Below, piece by piece: positions 45,280 through 54,139 of a DNA stretch of 64,000 bases (positions are counted from its first letter, which is position 1; the number at the start of each line of letters is the position of its first letter). The stretch covers positions 17,042-81,041 of the forward strand of contig CBDFHC010000001.1 of assembly GCA_965247585.1 (NCBI GenBank). The letters are read 5' to 3'. A model generated the notes under the pieces. That model was not told where the DNA came from and ran no database searches. It worked only from the letters and a program-made list of their open reading frames with translations. Source of the stretch: Dehalococcoidia bacterium. Its GTDB lineage: Bacteria; Chloroflexota; Dehalococcoidia; Lucifugimonadales; GCA-2712585. The position numbers and the translations under genes are program-made.

Positions 45280-46188
45280 TCAGCGGTTCTCCTGCTGACG
45301 GTCGCTCATGTACTGTAAATGGTTGGCCAAGACGGCCACCAGGAGCCAGATGATGAGGCTGAGGCTGAGGATGCTGGCGGAAACTTCCCAGGTGATGGGG
45401 TTGATATCCAATGGGAGGATGGCGGCGGACATGACGGCGAGGGAGGCGCCACCGATGCTGCCGACGGCGTAGGGCATATAGGCGGCGGCGATTGCCAGGA
45501 GGAGGCGGCGTGAGTGGTGAATGTTGGGGGGCAGGAGCCAAATGGAGGAGCGGGTGAGCAGGAGGCCAACGATGAGGGCGATAAAGGGCGGCACCGAGCT
45601 TAATACCAGTACCTTGGTGTGGTCTGCCTCCAATGTGATGGCGGTGGAGGCTACGGTAACGGCGGTGGCCAAGGTGACGAGGATGATGACGAAAGCAAAG
45701 AAGTTGAAGGCGGCGGGCCGGGAGAGGAAGAAGAGGTGAAGGGGGGTGCGAATGTCTTCATAAGATTTGGGGGAGCGTTCCTGGGGCGCGGCCGGGGTTG
45801 GGCGGTGCACCACGCTGGGGTGTTCCAGGGCGCGGTCTATGGAGCGGCCCAACTCGGAGAGGGTAACGGGCTTACTAAGGAAGTCTGATGCGCCGTCCCT
45901 GAGCTGGTCCACGGCGACGGAGAACTTGTCCACGGCGCTGAGGAAGATTACGGGGAGGCCAGGGTGGTTTTCCCGGATGTGGCGGAATAGCACGGAGCCG
46001 TCCATGTCTGGCATGAGGATGTCCAGGAGCACCAGGTCCACGGTGTGGTGGGCGAGGAAGGCGATGGCGGCGTCACCGGAGGAGACGGAGTTGCAGTGGT
46101 AGCCGAGTAGCTCCAGCCCTTCTGAGAGGGTCTCGCCGAGGCGCTGGTCGTCGTCGACCGGGAGGAGATGGTTTGAGGTACGCTGCAC
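45280..46188 (-). CDS. Response-regulator receiver domain fused to a multi-TM region (probably truncated hybrid sensor)
   Basis: From GTG 46188: VQRTSNHLLPVDDDQRLGETLSEGLELLGYHCNSVSSGDAAIAFLAHHTVDLVLLDILMPDMDGSVLFRHIRE..FLSKPV.. (REC domain), followed by 4-5 hydrophobic helices. The ORF-track start at 46449 adds an implausible Pro-rich leader. Confidence 0.65.
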   Translation of the reverse strand: MQRTSNHLLPVDDDQRLGETLSEGLELLGYHCNSVSSGDAAIAFLAHHTVDLVLLDILMPDMDGSVLFRHIRENHPGLPVIFLSAVDKFSVAVDQLRDGASDFLSKPVTLSELGRSIDRALEHPSVVHRPTPAAPQERSPKSYEDIRTPLHLFFLSRPAAFNFFAFVIILVTLATAVTVASTAITLEADHTKVLVLSSVPPFIALIVGLLLTRSSIWLLPPNIHHSRRLLLAIAAAYMPYAVGSIGGASLAVMSAAILPLDINPITWEVSASILSLSLIIWLLVAVLANHLQYMSDRQQENR

Positions 46189-46536
46189 TTGATCAGGCCA
46201 AGTTAGGCAGGCGTGGGATACCCAGACATATTGTTTTGTTACAGAACCGTTCCACTTGGCGGATGGGGTGTGAGGGAATATGATGGAGTTGACCATAAGA
46301 GACAAAGAGCCTGGAATGGGAGATGGGTGGTACAGGGAGGATGGCGCGGGCGCCGACCAGGGCGGTCCGGGTGGGAGGATGAGAGGAGGGGCGTCTTCGC
46401 GGAAGGCGGGCACTACGACGAGTTGACGGTGCATTCTGGCAGTAAGCAATCCATTTTGTGCGATGATCGGCGGATTCTTGTTGCATCATTTGAAAGAGTA
46501 GTAAACTTCGACGATGAGTAGGCGAGGCCCGCCAAG

Positions 46537-47250
46537 ATGAATGCGGCCCGAGTGCTGGTTGTAGACGATGAGCCGGACATGGCGCAGCTACTTGAGGAGT
46601 GGCTGCAAGAGGACGGCTACTCGGCGTATACGGCGTTGGATGGGCGGACGGCACTAAAACTCCTCTATGAACATCGTCCCTCATTGGCGATAGTGGACCT
46701 GCGGATGCCGGGGATGGACGGCTTCGAGTTGATCAACCGAATCCGAGACATGTCAGACGTCCACATACTTGTGCTGACGGGGATAGGCGGCGAAGAGAAT
46801 ATGATCCGCAGCCTGGACGGTGGGGCGGACCAGTACATGTTCAAGCCGGTGTCGCGGAGGCCGTTCCTGGCGAGGGTGGCAGCGTTGATCCGGCGGGCGG
46901 CGCCTCCGAAAGAGATCTATTTCGAGTATTCGGACGATACGGTGGCGCTGAGCGCGCGGACGCGAGAGGTGACGTGCCGAGGGCAGAATATAAGCGTGAG
47001 GCCCACGGAGTTCCGGTTGCTGTCGTTTCTGTGCCAACATCGGGACCGGGTGGTGCGCCACCAGGAGCTGCTGGACGGGGTATGGGAAGGGGAGGCGGGA
47101 TCACTGGACAGCCTGAAATGGTACATACATTCGCTGCGTCAGAAGATAGAAGAGGACCCGAGGAATCCACGGACAATAGTTACCTACCCAGGGGTAGGCT
47201 ACCGATATTTTCCGGAGGGATGTCCGGAGCAACCGGTTGCTTCGTTATGA
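46537..47250 (+). CDS. OmpR-family response regulator (REC + winged-helix)
   Basis: 237 aa. ..RVLVVDDEPDMAQLL..IVDLRMPGMDGFELI..KPV.. plus ..PTEFRLLSFLCQHRDRVVRHQELLDGVW..IHSLRQKIE..IVTYPGVGYRY. Confidence 0.9.
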   Translation: MNAARVLVVDDEPDMAQLLEEWLQEDGYSAYTALDGRTALKLLYEHRPSLAIVDLRMPGMDGFELINRIRDMSDVHILVLTGIGGEENMIRSLDGGADQYMFKPVSRRPFLARVAALIRRAAPPKEIYFEYSDDTVALSARTREVTCRGQNISVRPTEFRLLSFLCQHRDRVVRHQELLDGVWEGEAGSLDSLKWYIHSLRQKIEEDPRNPRTIVTYPGVGYRYFPEGCPEQPVASL

Positions 47251-48655
47251 CCTCTGGAAGCTCGAAGGTAACACTGGTCCCCTGACCGGCGGCGCTCTCC
47301 ACGTCAATGCGGCCCTGGTGCATTTCGATAATGTGCTTGGCGGCGAAGAGGCCCAGCCCGGAGCCGGTGGGCTTGGTGGAGTGAAAGGGCTCAAACAGGC
47401 GGACCCGGACTGATTCCGGGATTCCCTGGCCATCGTCAGAGATGCTAATGTGGACCCTGCCATCCTCACTGGAGGTGGCGATGGTTATGGTGCCGCCTTC
47501 GGTCATGGCTTCCATGGCGTTGGAGAATACGTTGGAGAAAGCCTCTCTAAGCAGTACGGCGTTGCCCGACACGCGGCAGGGCATGTCTGGGTAGTGGCGG
47601 CGGGTCTCGATACGTTTTCCTGAACGAAGCCAGGCGATGCCGAAGGACTCGTTCAATAGCTCGGAGACGTCAATTTGGACCCAGCGCTGGTGGGACATGG
47701 AGGAGAAGGTCTGAGTAAGCTCTCCGATTCGCCAGCCTTCGCTGATGGCGATGTCCAGGTGGCGGCGGTGGGGGTTGTGCTCGCTCACGCCGTCGGTAAG
47801 CATTTCGAGACGGCCGATGAGAACGTTCAGGGGGTTTTTGATCTGGTGGGCCAGGTCCAGGGATACGGCGCCAATGGAGGCGAGTTTAGAGGTGTTGGCG
47901 ATGCGGCCCTGGAGGGTTTCCAGGTTGGCCAGGGCGAGGGCGAGTTGGCTGTTGGCGTTGTTGAGCCGGGAGAAAGCAAGGTAGATGATGGCCACGGGGA
48001 TGACGAGGGCGAGGATGGTCCAAGGGTTCTGGTAGTAGACCATCGCGCCGAGGAAACCGAAGGCCAAAAAGCCCAGCTCCGCCAGCCCGTTTTTTCTTGT
48101 GCCGGCCACCCAGACGCGGAGGGGGCTCATGCCAAGCTGGAAGCTGACGGCGCCGATGACGAGGACGGCGCTAACGAAGTAGCCCACGCCGGCGGCGGCC
48201 AGGACGGCGGGGGTCAAAGGGTCGCCAATGCCATCGGCGGCTCCAAAGGCCAAGGAGGCGAGGCCGACGTAGAGGGCAGCAACGGAGGCGTTGAAGAGAA
48301 ATTTGTACCATTCCAGCTTGGGCCGGTCCGGTAGAAACCTGGTGATGTAGGAGAAGGTTACGATGCCGGCGGCGGCGACCAAGGCGGCGACCCCGGGCTC
48401 CAAGATGAGGACGGAGGCGAAGAGGACGGCGCCCGTGGTGTCTGAGCGGACGTTGGGACCGGCGGAGAGGGGGAAGCTGCCCGCTACTACCAAGAGCAGG
48501 TAGAAGAGGCCAGCTTCCCCCAGGGTTGCAGTACTCCAGTCCGGCCTGGAGGCTAGGTAGACCAGCCAGACAGCACCGGCGGCTGTCATGGCGATGATGT
48601 AAACCCGGAGCCTGGTGTTAAGGACCGTGTTCAAAACGTCTACCTGCCTTGCCAT
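47180..48655 (-). CDS. Sensor histidine kinase with N-terminal multi-TM sensor region
   Basis: 491 aa with about 8 TM helices. H-box ..LAHQIKNPLNVLIGRLEML.., N-box ..FSNVFSNAMEAM.., G1 ..DDGQGIP.., G2 ..GSGLGLFAAKHIIEMHQGRIDVES... The 3' end overlaps the convergent regulator gene by 71 nt. Confidence 0.9.
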   Translation of the reverse strand: MARQVDVLNTVLNTRLRVYIIAMTAAGAVWLVYLASRPDWSTATLGEAGLFYLLLVVAGSFPLSAGPNVRSDTTGAVLFASVLILEPGVAALVAAAGIVTFSYITRFLPDRPKLEWYKFLFNASVAALYVGLASLAFGAADGIGDPLTPAVLAAAGVGYFVSAVLVIGAVSFQLGMSPLRVWVAGTRKNGLAELGFLAFGFLGAMVYYQNPWTILALVIPVAIIYLAFSRLNNANSQLALALANLETLQGRIANTSKLASIGAVSLDLAHQIKNPLNVLIGRLEMLTDGVSEHNPHRRHLDIAISEGWRIGELTQTFSSMSHQRWVQIDVSELLNESFGIAWLRSGKRIETRRHYPDMPCRVSGNAVLLREAFSNVFSNAMEAMTEGGTITIATSSEDGRVHISISDDGQGIPESVRVRLFEPFHSTKPTGSGLGLFAAKHIIEMHQGRIDVESAAGQGTSVTFELPEVITKQPVAPDIPPENIGSLPLGR

Positions 48656-48674
48656 TTAGGCTAGGAACCGATTG

Positions 48675-49163
48675 CTAGTCGGCATCATAGCAAGATGGAT
48701 TGCTGACCGGCACCACTAGATGGTGCTTGATGGCGGCGTTCAAGCGACCGGAAGCGCTGCTAACGGGCTGGCCGTTGGCGGTAACGATGGTTTCAACGGA
48801 GTCACCGGACGCGGCGCCGGTGGCACTGACCTTGTACTGGATTTTGGCCTCCACGCCGTTGGCGGTGCAGGCTAACTCATCGTCGATTTTGAGCGTGACG
48901 TCTTCGGCTTCGGCGACGCCGATGAGGGACGCATCCGCGCCCTGGGGCAGCTTGATGGTGATTTTAGCGTGATAGCTGGCTTGCTCGCCTTCGATGGTGT
49001 TTCCGTTGCCGTCAGTGACGGCCCACTGGGTGCGGACATCGGCGCCTTCGACATCGACCTGAGCTTTCCAACCCCAACCCCAGCCAGCGTAGACAGAGGC
49101 CGCGCCAATGATGAACACGGCCAGGAACGAGCCTAGAATAACCGGGTACCTAAGCTTCCACAT
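48675..49163 (-). CDS. Small membrane-anchored hypothetical protein, immediately upstream of the kinase gene
   Basis: ATG 49163 is preceded by GGGAGGTAAAGCT. The product is MWKLRYPVILGSFLAVFIIGAASVYAGWGWGW.. followed by a beta-rich, Cys-containing domain. Its stop lies 19 nt before the kinase start. The ORF-track extension to 49829 is a Pro/Ser/Ala-rich off-frame reading of the permease gene. Confidence 0.6.
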   Translation of the reverse strand: MWKLRYPVILGSFLAVFIIGAASVYAGWGWGWKAQVDVEGADVRTQWAVTDGNGNTIEGEQASYHAKITIKLPQGADASLIGVAEAEDVTLKIDDELACTANGVEAKIQYKVSATGAASGDSVETIVTANGQPVSSASGRLNAAIKHHLVVPVSNPSCYDAD

Positions 49164-49287
49164 AGCTTTACCTCCCAGTATCGCCGTTAAGATGGCTCTA
49201 CTCAGAGGATATGTAGCATTCGTCAGGTAAGAAAGTAGTGTGAGGTGTGTTTGAGACGGGTTTGCTTTTTTGATGGATGGGGAAAGT

Positions 49288-49412
49288 AGATTTCTGAGGG
49301 ACACCCTCAGACTCCCGGCAGGGAACCTGGGTTCCCAGCACTCTCCTGTATGGTTGGTGCTGATTGGGTGTAGGAGCCGCTTTTCCAAAGGCCGCGCTGG
49401 GGTATCTCCGAG
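49288..49412 (+). repeat. Intergenic mosaic repeat (3' half of A), plus-oriented between minus-strand genes
   Basis: TTTCTGAGGGACACCCTCAGACTCCCGGCAGGGAACCTGGGTTCCCAGCACTCTCCTGTATGGTTGGTG.. Confidence 0.85.
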
Positions 49413-49425
49413 GCAATGGGAGGAG

Positions 49426-50256
49426 CTAGCGGGTGCGGGTGCGGGGGTCCAGCAGGTCTCGGAGACCGTCCGCGAACAGGGAGAAGGCCAGGACGGTAAC
49501 GCCGATGGCGAGGGACGGATAGAGGACGGGGCCGTAGGAGTGGAGGATGACGCCGTAGCCTTCCTGGACCATGGCGCCCCAACTGGGGGTGGGGGGGCTG
49601 ATGCCGATGCCGATGTAGCTGAGGGCAGCCTCGGCGAAGATGGCCCTGGGGGCGAGGAAGAAGGCGGCGGCGATGACCGGGCCCAGGGCGTTGGGGAGCA
49701 GATGGCGTCTCGCGATGTAGCCGGTGGTGGCGCCGGAGGCGGTGGCCGCAAGGACGAAGTCCCGCTCCTTGAGAGCCAGGGCCTGGCCCCGGACCAACCG
49801 GGCGAGAAGGGGCCATGATGCCATGCCAATGGCCAGGGCCATCATGACCGGGCCACCGCCAAAGACGGAGCGCAAGAGGACCATTAACAGGAGGGCCGGG
49901 AAGGCGAGGAGGATGTCTACGCCTCGCATGACCAGGGTGTCTACCTTCGGACCGGCGACGGCGGCGGTGAGGCCAACGGGTATGGCGATGGCCAGGGCGA
50001 GGAGTTGGGCCAGTATGCCGACGCTTAAGGAGGTGCGGGTGCCGTAGATGAGGCGGCTGAGGAGGTCCCGGCCCAACTGGTCGGCGCCCAGGAGGTGGTC
50101 AGTCGACGGGCCCTGGAGGGTTGCCTGATAGTCCTGGTGGGCGGGGTCTTCTGGGGCGATGAGGGGGGCGGCGACGGCGGTGAAGGCTAGGAGCAGAATT
50201 ACGGCTCCGCCGATGAGGGCGGGGCGGTTTCTTAAGGTGTGTGACAGGGTGAGCAT
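49426..50256 (-). CDS. ABC transporter permease (DppC/OppC-like)
   Basis: 276 aa. ..HLLGADQLGRDLLSRLIYGTRTSL.. and a BPD_transp_1 core. Confidence 0.9.
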   Translation of the reverse strand: MLTLSHTLRNRPALIGGAVILLLAFTAVAAPLIAPEDPAHQDYQATLQGPSTDHLLGADQLGRDLLSRLIYGTRTSLSVGILAQLLALAIAIPVGLTAAVAGPKVDTLVMRGVDILLAFPALLLMVLLRSVFGGGPVMMALAIGMASWPLLARLVRGQALALKERDFVLAATASGATTGYIARRHLLPNALGPVIAAAFFLAPRAIFAEAALSYIGIGISPPTPSWGAMVQEGYGVILHSYGPVLYPSLAIGVTVLAFSLFADGLRDLLDPRTRTR

Positions 50257-50303
50257 GGTGGTCTAGCGTGGCGTTGGGAGATGTGGCGTTTGGCGATGGT
50301 GGG

Positions 50304-51266
50304 TCAGGACGCCTGCCCCGGCGTTGCGCCGGATGGCCGAGGGGATATGAGGTGGCGCCGGATTCTGGGGTCCACGGCGGCGTAAAGGAGGTCTACGGCC
50401 AGGTTCACCACGGCGATGAGGGCTGCGTAGAAGAGGACCATGCCCATGATGAGGCTGTAGTCTCTGGCGAATACGCCCTGGACGAAGAGGCGGCCGGTGC
50501 CTGGGATGGAGAAGACGGATTCTATGATTAATGATCCGGTGATGAGGGCGGCGAGTTCGGGTCCAATGAGGGTGAGGATTGGAATCAGGGCGTTTCGGAG
50601 GACGTGGCGGAGGTTCACCAGCCGAGCGGGAAGGCCTTTAGCCCGGGCGGTACGGATAAAATCGTCGTTAACGACGTCGAGGACGGCGGCCCGGGTGATC
50701 CTGGCGATGAAGGCGGCGGGCACGGCGGCCAGGGCCAGGGCGGGCATGACGGCCTGGGAGGGAGAGCCCCAGCCGCCGGTGGGCAGCAGGTGCCACTCCA
50801 AGGAGAAGAGGACGACCAGCAGGATGGCAAGGACGAATCCCGGAATGCCGGCGAAGAGCGCGACGAGGCCATTGGAGATGTAGTCCAAGGGGCCACCGCG
50901 TTGGAGGGCGGCGGCCAGGCCCAGGGGGATGCCCACCGCCAAGGAGATGAGGAAGGCGAGGGCGCCGAGGGTGGCGGAGGCGGGGATCCCCTGCGCTATA
51001 ACGTTGGACACTTTCCGGTCCTGGCCGCCGTAGGATATGCCCAGGTCGCCGGTGACCGCGCTGGAGAGGAAGGTCCAGTACTGATGCCAGACGGGGTCGT
51101 CCAGGCCGTAGCGGAGGTTAAGGTTGGCGACGGTCTCCGGCGGGAGTTTCCTTTCGCCGTCCCAGGGGCCACCTGGAACGAAGTGCATGATGAAGAAGGT
51201 GAGGGTGGCGACGCCGAGCATGACGGGAAGCACCCATGCGACACGACGAATAAGGTACCAGGCCAT
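50304..51266 (-). CDS. ABC transporter permease (DppB/OppB-like)
   Basis: MAWYLIRRVAWVLPVMLGVATLTFFIMHFVPGGP.. is the canonical DppB/OppB N-terminus. ATG at 51266 (an in-frame GTG lies at 51269). Confidence 0.9.
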   Translation of the reverse strand: MAWYLIRRVAWVLPVMLGVATLTFFIMHFVPGGPWDGERKLPPETVANLNLRYGLDDPVWHQYWTFLSSAVTGDLGISYGGQDRKVSNVIAQGIPASATLGALAFLISLAVGIPLGLAAALQRGGPLDYISNGLVALFAGIPGFVLAILLVVLFSLEWHLLPTGGWGSPSQAVMPALALAAVPAAFIARITRAAVLDVVNDDFIRTARAKGLPARLVNLRHVLRNALIPILTLIGPELAALITGSLIIESVFSIPGTGRLFVQGVFARDYSLIMGMVLFYAALIAVVNLAVDLLYAAVDPRIRRHLISPRPSGATPGQAS

Positions 51267-51367
51267 CACTCGGTGGTGGGGCCTGGGGGCGTTCCGGGGA
51301 GGATGGTAGGGGGGTGATTTTCGCGGTTAGGTGAAAGGCGGGGGGGCATGGCGATAAGTATGTGCAC

Positions 51368-51600
51368 CAAGGAGGATGAAGGTCAAAGGCTGTGGGTGGG
51401 CCGCGCATTTGCGGGGGAATCAGCCATGGCGATGGGTGTTGGCACTACAGAGGACGGAGAATCGAAGGTTGGTGGGCGCACCCCCTCTCTAACTCTCCCC
51501 CAAGCGATGGGGTGAGAATTTTTGTCTGAAGGCCACCCTCAGACTCTCGGCAGCCACCACCTGGGTTCCCTGCACTCTCCTGTGGGGTTGGTGCTGGTTA
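51368..51600 (+). repeat. Intergenic mosaic repeat (C-like + degenerate A), plus-oriented between minus-strand genes
   Basis: ..GAATCAGCCATGGCGATGGGTGTTGGCACTACAGAGGACGGAGAATCGAAGGTTGGTGGGCGCACC.. then ..CTGAAGGCCACCCTCAGACTCTCGGCAGCCACCACCTGGGTTCCCTGCACTCTCC.. Confidence 0.8.
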
Positions 51601-51603
51601 GGG

Positions 51604-53256
51604 TCAGTCCGAGACGGAGACGCGGGAGAGGCTGGAGTCGCCGGGGATGAAGCCGTCGATGCCGGTGAGAGCCAGACCCTTCACGTGGGGTTTCTTGAGG
51701 AAGAAGCGCTCTTGATGGAAGACGAAACCCACGGGGACATCTTCGACCAGGAGGCGATGTGCTTGCATCCACAGGTCCAGGCGGGTCTCTTGGTCCAGCT
51801 CAGAGATTGCCTGACCGGCTAGTTGGTCGTACTGGGGGTTGCTGTAGCCGACGATGTTTTGGGGAGAGCCGGACATGAAGAGGCCCGCCAGGAAGCTCTC
51901 GGGGTCCGGGTAGTCAGCGCCCCAGCCGAGGCCGGTGATCTGGAACTGGCGAGCGCCCATGACCTGGCCGAAGTAGGCCGGCGGGTCCAGGGGCTCCAGG
52001 TCCATCTGGATGTCCAGGTTGTCCTTGAGTTGGGCCTGTACAAACTGGGCGAAGAGGCCCTGACCGCCGCCAGAGGGGTAGGTGAAGGTGAGGTCAGGGA
52101 AGCCCTGACCGCCGGGGTAGCCGGCGTTTGCGAGGAGCTGCCGAGCCTGCTGGGGGTTGAAGGTGTTGTCAGCGCCTATGGAGGCTTCGTAGCCGGGCAT
52201 GCCGGGGGGAAGCCAGCCGAGGGCGGGTTTGCCGACGCCGTTGCTGACCTGGCTGATCCAGGCGTCACGGTCCACGGCGTTGGTGAAGGCGCGGCGGACC
52301 TCAAGACTATCAAACGGCGGGTTGGAGTTGTTGAAAAAGAGGCCCAAGGTGAAGAGGTCCGAGGTGCGGAGTAGCTGGGAGCTAAGGTCGCTATCATCAA
52401 GGATGGACGGCTCGGTGCCGGAGGGCACCCGGGAGATGTCCAGCTCGTTGTTGCGGTAGGCGGTCAGCTCGGAGTTGACGTCGCCGATCATTCGTAGGGT
52501 GATGCGGTCCAGCGCGGGCGTGGGTCCCCAGTAGTTTGGGTTGGCCTCCAGGGTGATGTGGTCCTGGTGCTGCCATTCGGTCATGACGAAGGGGCCGTTG
52601 CCGAGGTAGGTTGCGGGCTCGGTCCAAGCGACGCCGTGCGCTTCGATCATGTCACGGCGGACGGGGAAGACGTTGATGAGGGCCATTTTTTGGAGAAAGG
52701 TGGGGTTGGGCGTGTCCAGGGTCACGCGAAGGGTATGAGGGTCAAGGGCTTGGACCTGTACGGACGCTTCCAGGGCGTGGAGGGTGTCGTCGTCGGCCCC
52801 GGCGGCCTGGTTGAAGGCCATGCCGCCGGAGATGGCGCCGTAGAGGACGGAGTACTGGGCGGCGACCCGAGGGTCAAAGAGCCGTTTGATGGCGAAGACA
52901 AAGTCGTCAGCGGTGAGCTCCTGTCCATCGCTCCAGGTGACGTCGTCGCGGAGGGTGAAGGTGTAGGCGAGGCCGTCTTCAGAGATGCCACCGTTCTCTT
53001 TGGTGGGCACCTGGGTGGCCACCACGGGCTCCAGGGAGAGGTCCGGGGCGAAGCCGAGGAGGCCCTGGAACACCTGGCGTATGACGGAGAATTCGGTGAG
53101 GATGCTGGCGCGCTGGGGGTCCAGGGTGAAGGGTTCCGACCCCAGGTTTAGGCGCAGCTCCTGGAGGGTGGTGGGGGTCTTGGAGTCGTCCTGCTGGCAG
53201 GCGGCGAGGAGCAGCAGCGAAAGGGCGAAGGCGAAAAAGAGGCCCAGCGCCTTCAC
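51604..53256 (-). CDS. ABC transporter substrate-binding lipoprotein, family 5 (Dpp/Opp type)
   Basis: From GTG 53256: VKALGLFFAFALSLLLLAAC.. (lipobox), then an SBP_bac_5-like body (..LRLNLGSEPFTLDPQ.., ..WSDGQELTADDFVFA..). The ORF-track start at 53370 adds a non-signal leader. Confidence 0.85.
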   Translation of the reverse strand: MKALGLFFAFALSLLLLAACQQDDSKTPTTLQELRLNLGSEPFTLDPQRASILTEFSVIRQVFQGLLGFAPDLSLEPVVATQVPTKENGGISEDGLAYTFTLRDDVTWSDGQELTADDFVFAIKRLFDPRVAAQYSVLYGAISGGMAFNQAAGADDDTLHALEASVQVQALDPHTLRVTLDTPNPTFLQKMALINVFPVRRDMIEAHGVAWTEPATYLGNGPFVMTEWQHQDHITLEANPNYWGPTPALDRITLRMIGDVNSELTAYRNNELDISRVPSGTEPSILDDSDLSSQLLRTSDLFTLGLFFNNSNPPFDSLEVRRAFTNAVDRDAWISQVSNGVGKPALGWLPPGMPGYEASIGADNTFNPQQARQLLANAGYPGGQGFPDLTFTYPSGGGQGLFAQFVQAQLKDNLDIQMDLEPLDPPAYFGQVMGARQFQITGLGWGADYPDPESFLAGLFMSGSPQNIVGYSNPQYDQLAGQAISELDQETRLDLWMQAHRLLVEDVPVGFVFHQERFFLKKPHVKGLALTGIDGFIPGDSSLSRVSVSD

Positions 53257-53527
53257 GTCAATTAGACACCTTTGATTTCTTGATGATGACCCCCTGAAAT
53301 GGTGCCGAAGGCAAACAATATGCCGGATTTCGTCGGACGGTACTGTACACAATGGGACTCGCCAAGGCAAATATTCGCCGGGCGCGGAAGAACCGGCATA
53401 GTCAAGGGGTAGGTAGATTAGGGGTTAAATCTTCGCAGAACGGGGGGTGACTCCATTCCGGCGGGAGAGGCGCGGAGGCAGAGTTGAAAGAGAGCGAGAC
53501 CAATAAGTTTTGGTCCAGGGGCTGCCT

Positions 53528-54100
53528 ATGGGTGAGAAGAAGCTGTACCGAAGAGAGAAGGGCATAACGGGGCTGGAGACGGCCATAGTTCTGGTGGCGT
53601 TTGTGACGGTGTCATCGATATTCAGCTACTCGGTGATAAAGACGGCGTCCACCACAGGGCAGACGGGGACGGACCTGGCGGACACTCATATTGAGAAGAC
53701 GGTGCCGGTGCTGCACTTGAAGGGGATTGCGGTGGGCACTAAGTCTAAAGATACCAGCCCATCTCCGCACCTGGCGACGATTAAGCTAGCGGTGGAGGCG
53801 AGGCTGAGCAGCCCAGTGGAGATTACCACGGAGTCGCTGCTGATAGGCTACAGGGACGCCTATCAGTACGTTCCGGATATGACGTGGGCGGTACGGTGGT
53901 TGAGGGGGAATGGGGACCTGCTGGACCGGAATGAGCTGGCAGAGTTCACGTTGGACCTGTCAAAGTTGTCGCCGAGGCTGGGCGCGGCGACGCCGTTCAC
54001 GATAGAGATCAAGCCGCTGGCGGGCGGTACGTTGGATTACACTTTTGCCACGCCCCTGGGGTTGGACGATGTGACGGAGCTACCGGGGCTGGTACGGTAA
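53528..54100 (+). CDS. Archaellin (archaeal flagellin)-like protein with class III (type IV pilin-like) signal peptide
   Basis: MGEKKLYRREKG|ITGLETAIVLVAFVTVSSIFSY.. has a basic leader, a Gly, then the hydrophobic ..GLETAI.L.AFV.. helix characteristic of archaellins and archaeal pilins. The C-terminal half (..DLLDRNELAEFTLDLSKL..PFTIEIKPLAGGTLDYTFATP..) follows the archaellin beta-domain pattern. Confidence 0.6.
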   Translation: MGEKKLYRREKGITGLETAIVLVAFVTVSSIFSYSVIKTASTTGQTGTDLADTHIEKTVPVLHLKGIAVGTKSKDTSPSPHLATIKLAVEARLSSPVEITTESLLIGYRDAYQYVPDMTWAVRWLRGNGDLLDRNELAEFTLDLSKLSPRLGAATPFTIEIKPLAGGTLDYTFATPLGLDDVTELPGLVR

Positions 54101-54139
54101 AGGGGGAAAGGGGAGCTACCGGCGAGGGCTTTGGGGGGG

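Noticed and set aside
49164-49829. Upstream extension of ORF 48675..49829 (384 aa)
   Set aside because: The extension is Pro/Ser/Ala-rich. It crosses a repeat element and overlaps the permease gene 49426..50256 in another frame. A strong RBS with ATG at 49163 and a signal-anchor N-terminus define the real, shorter gene.
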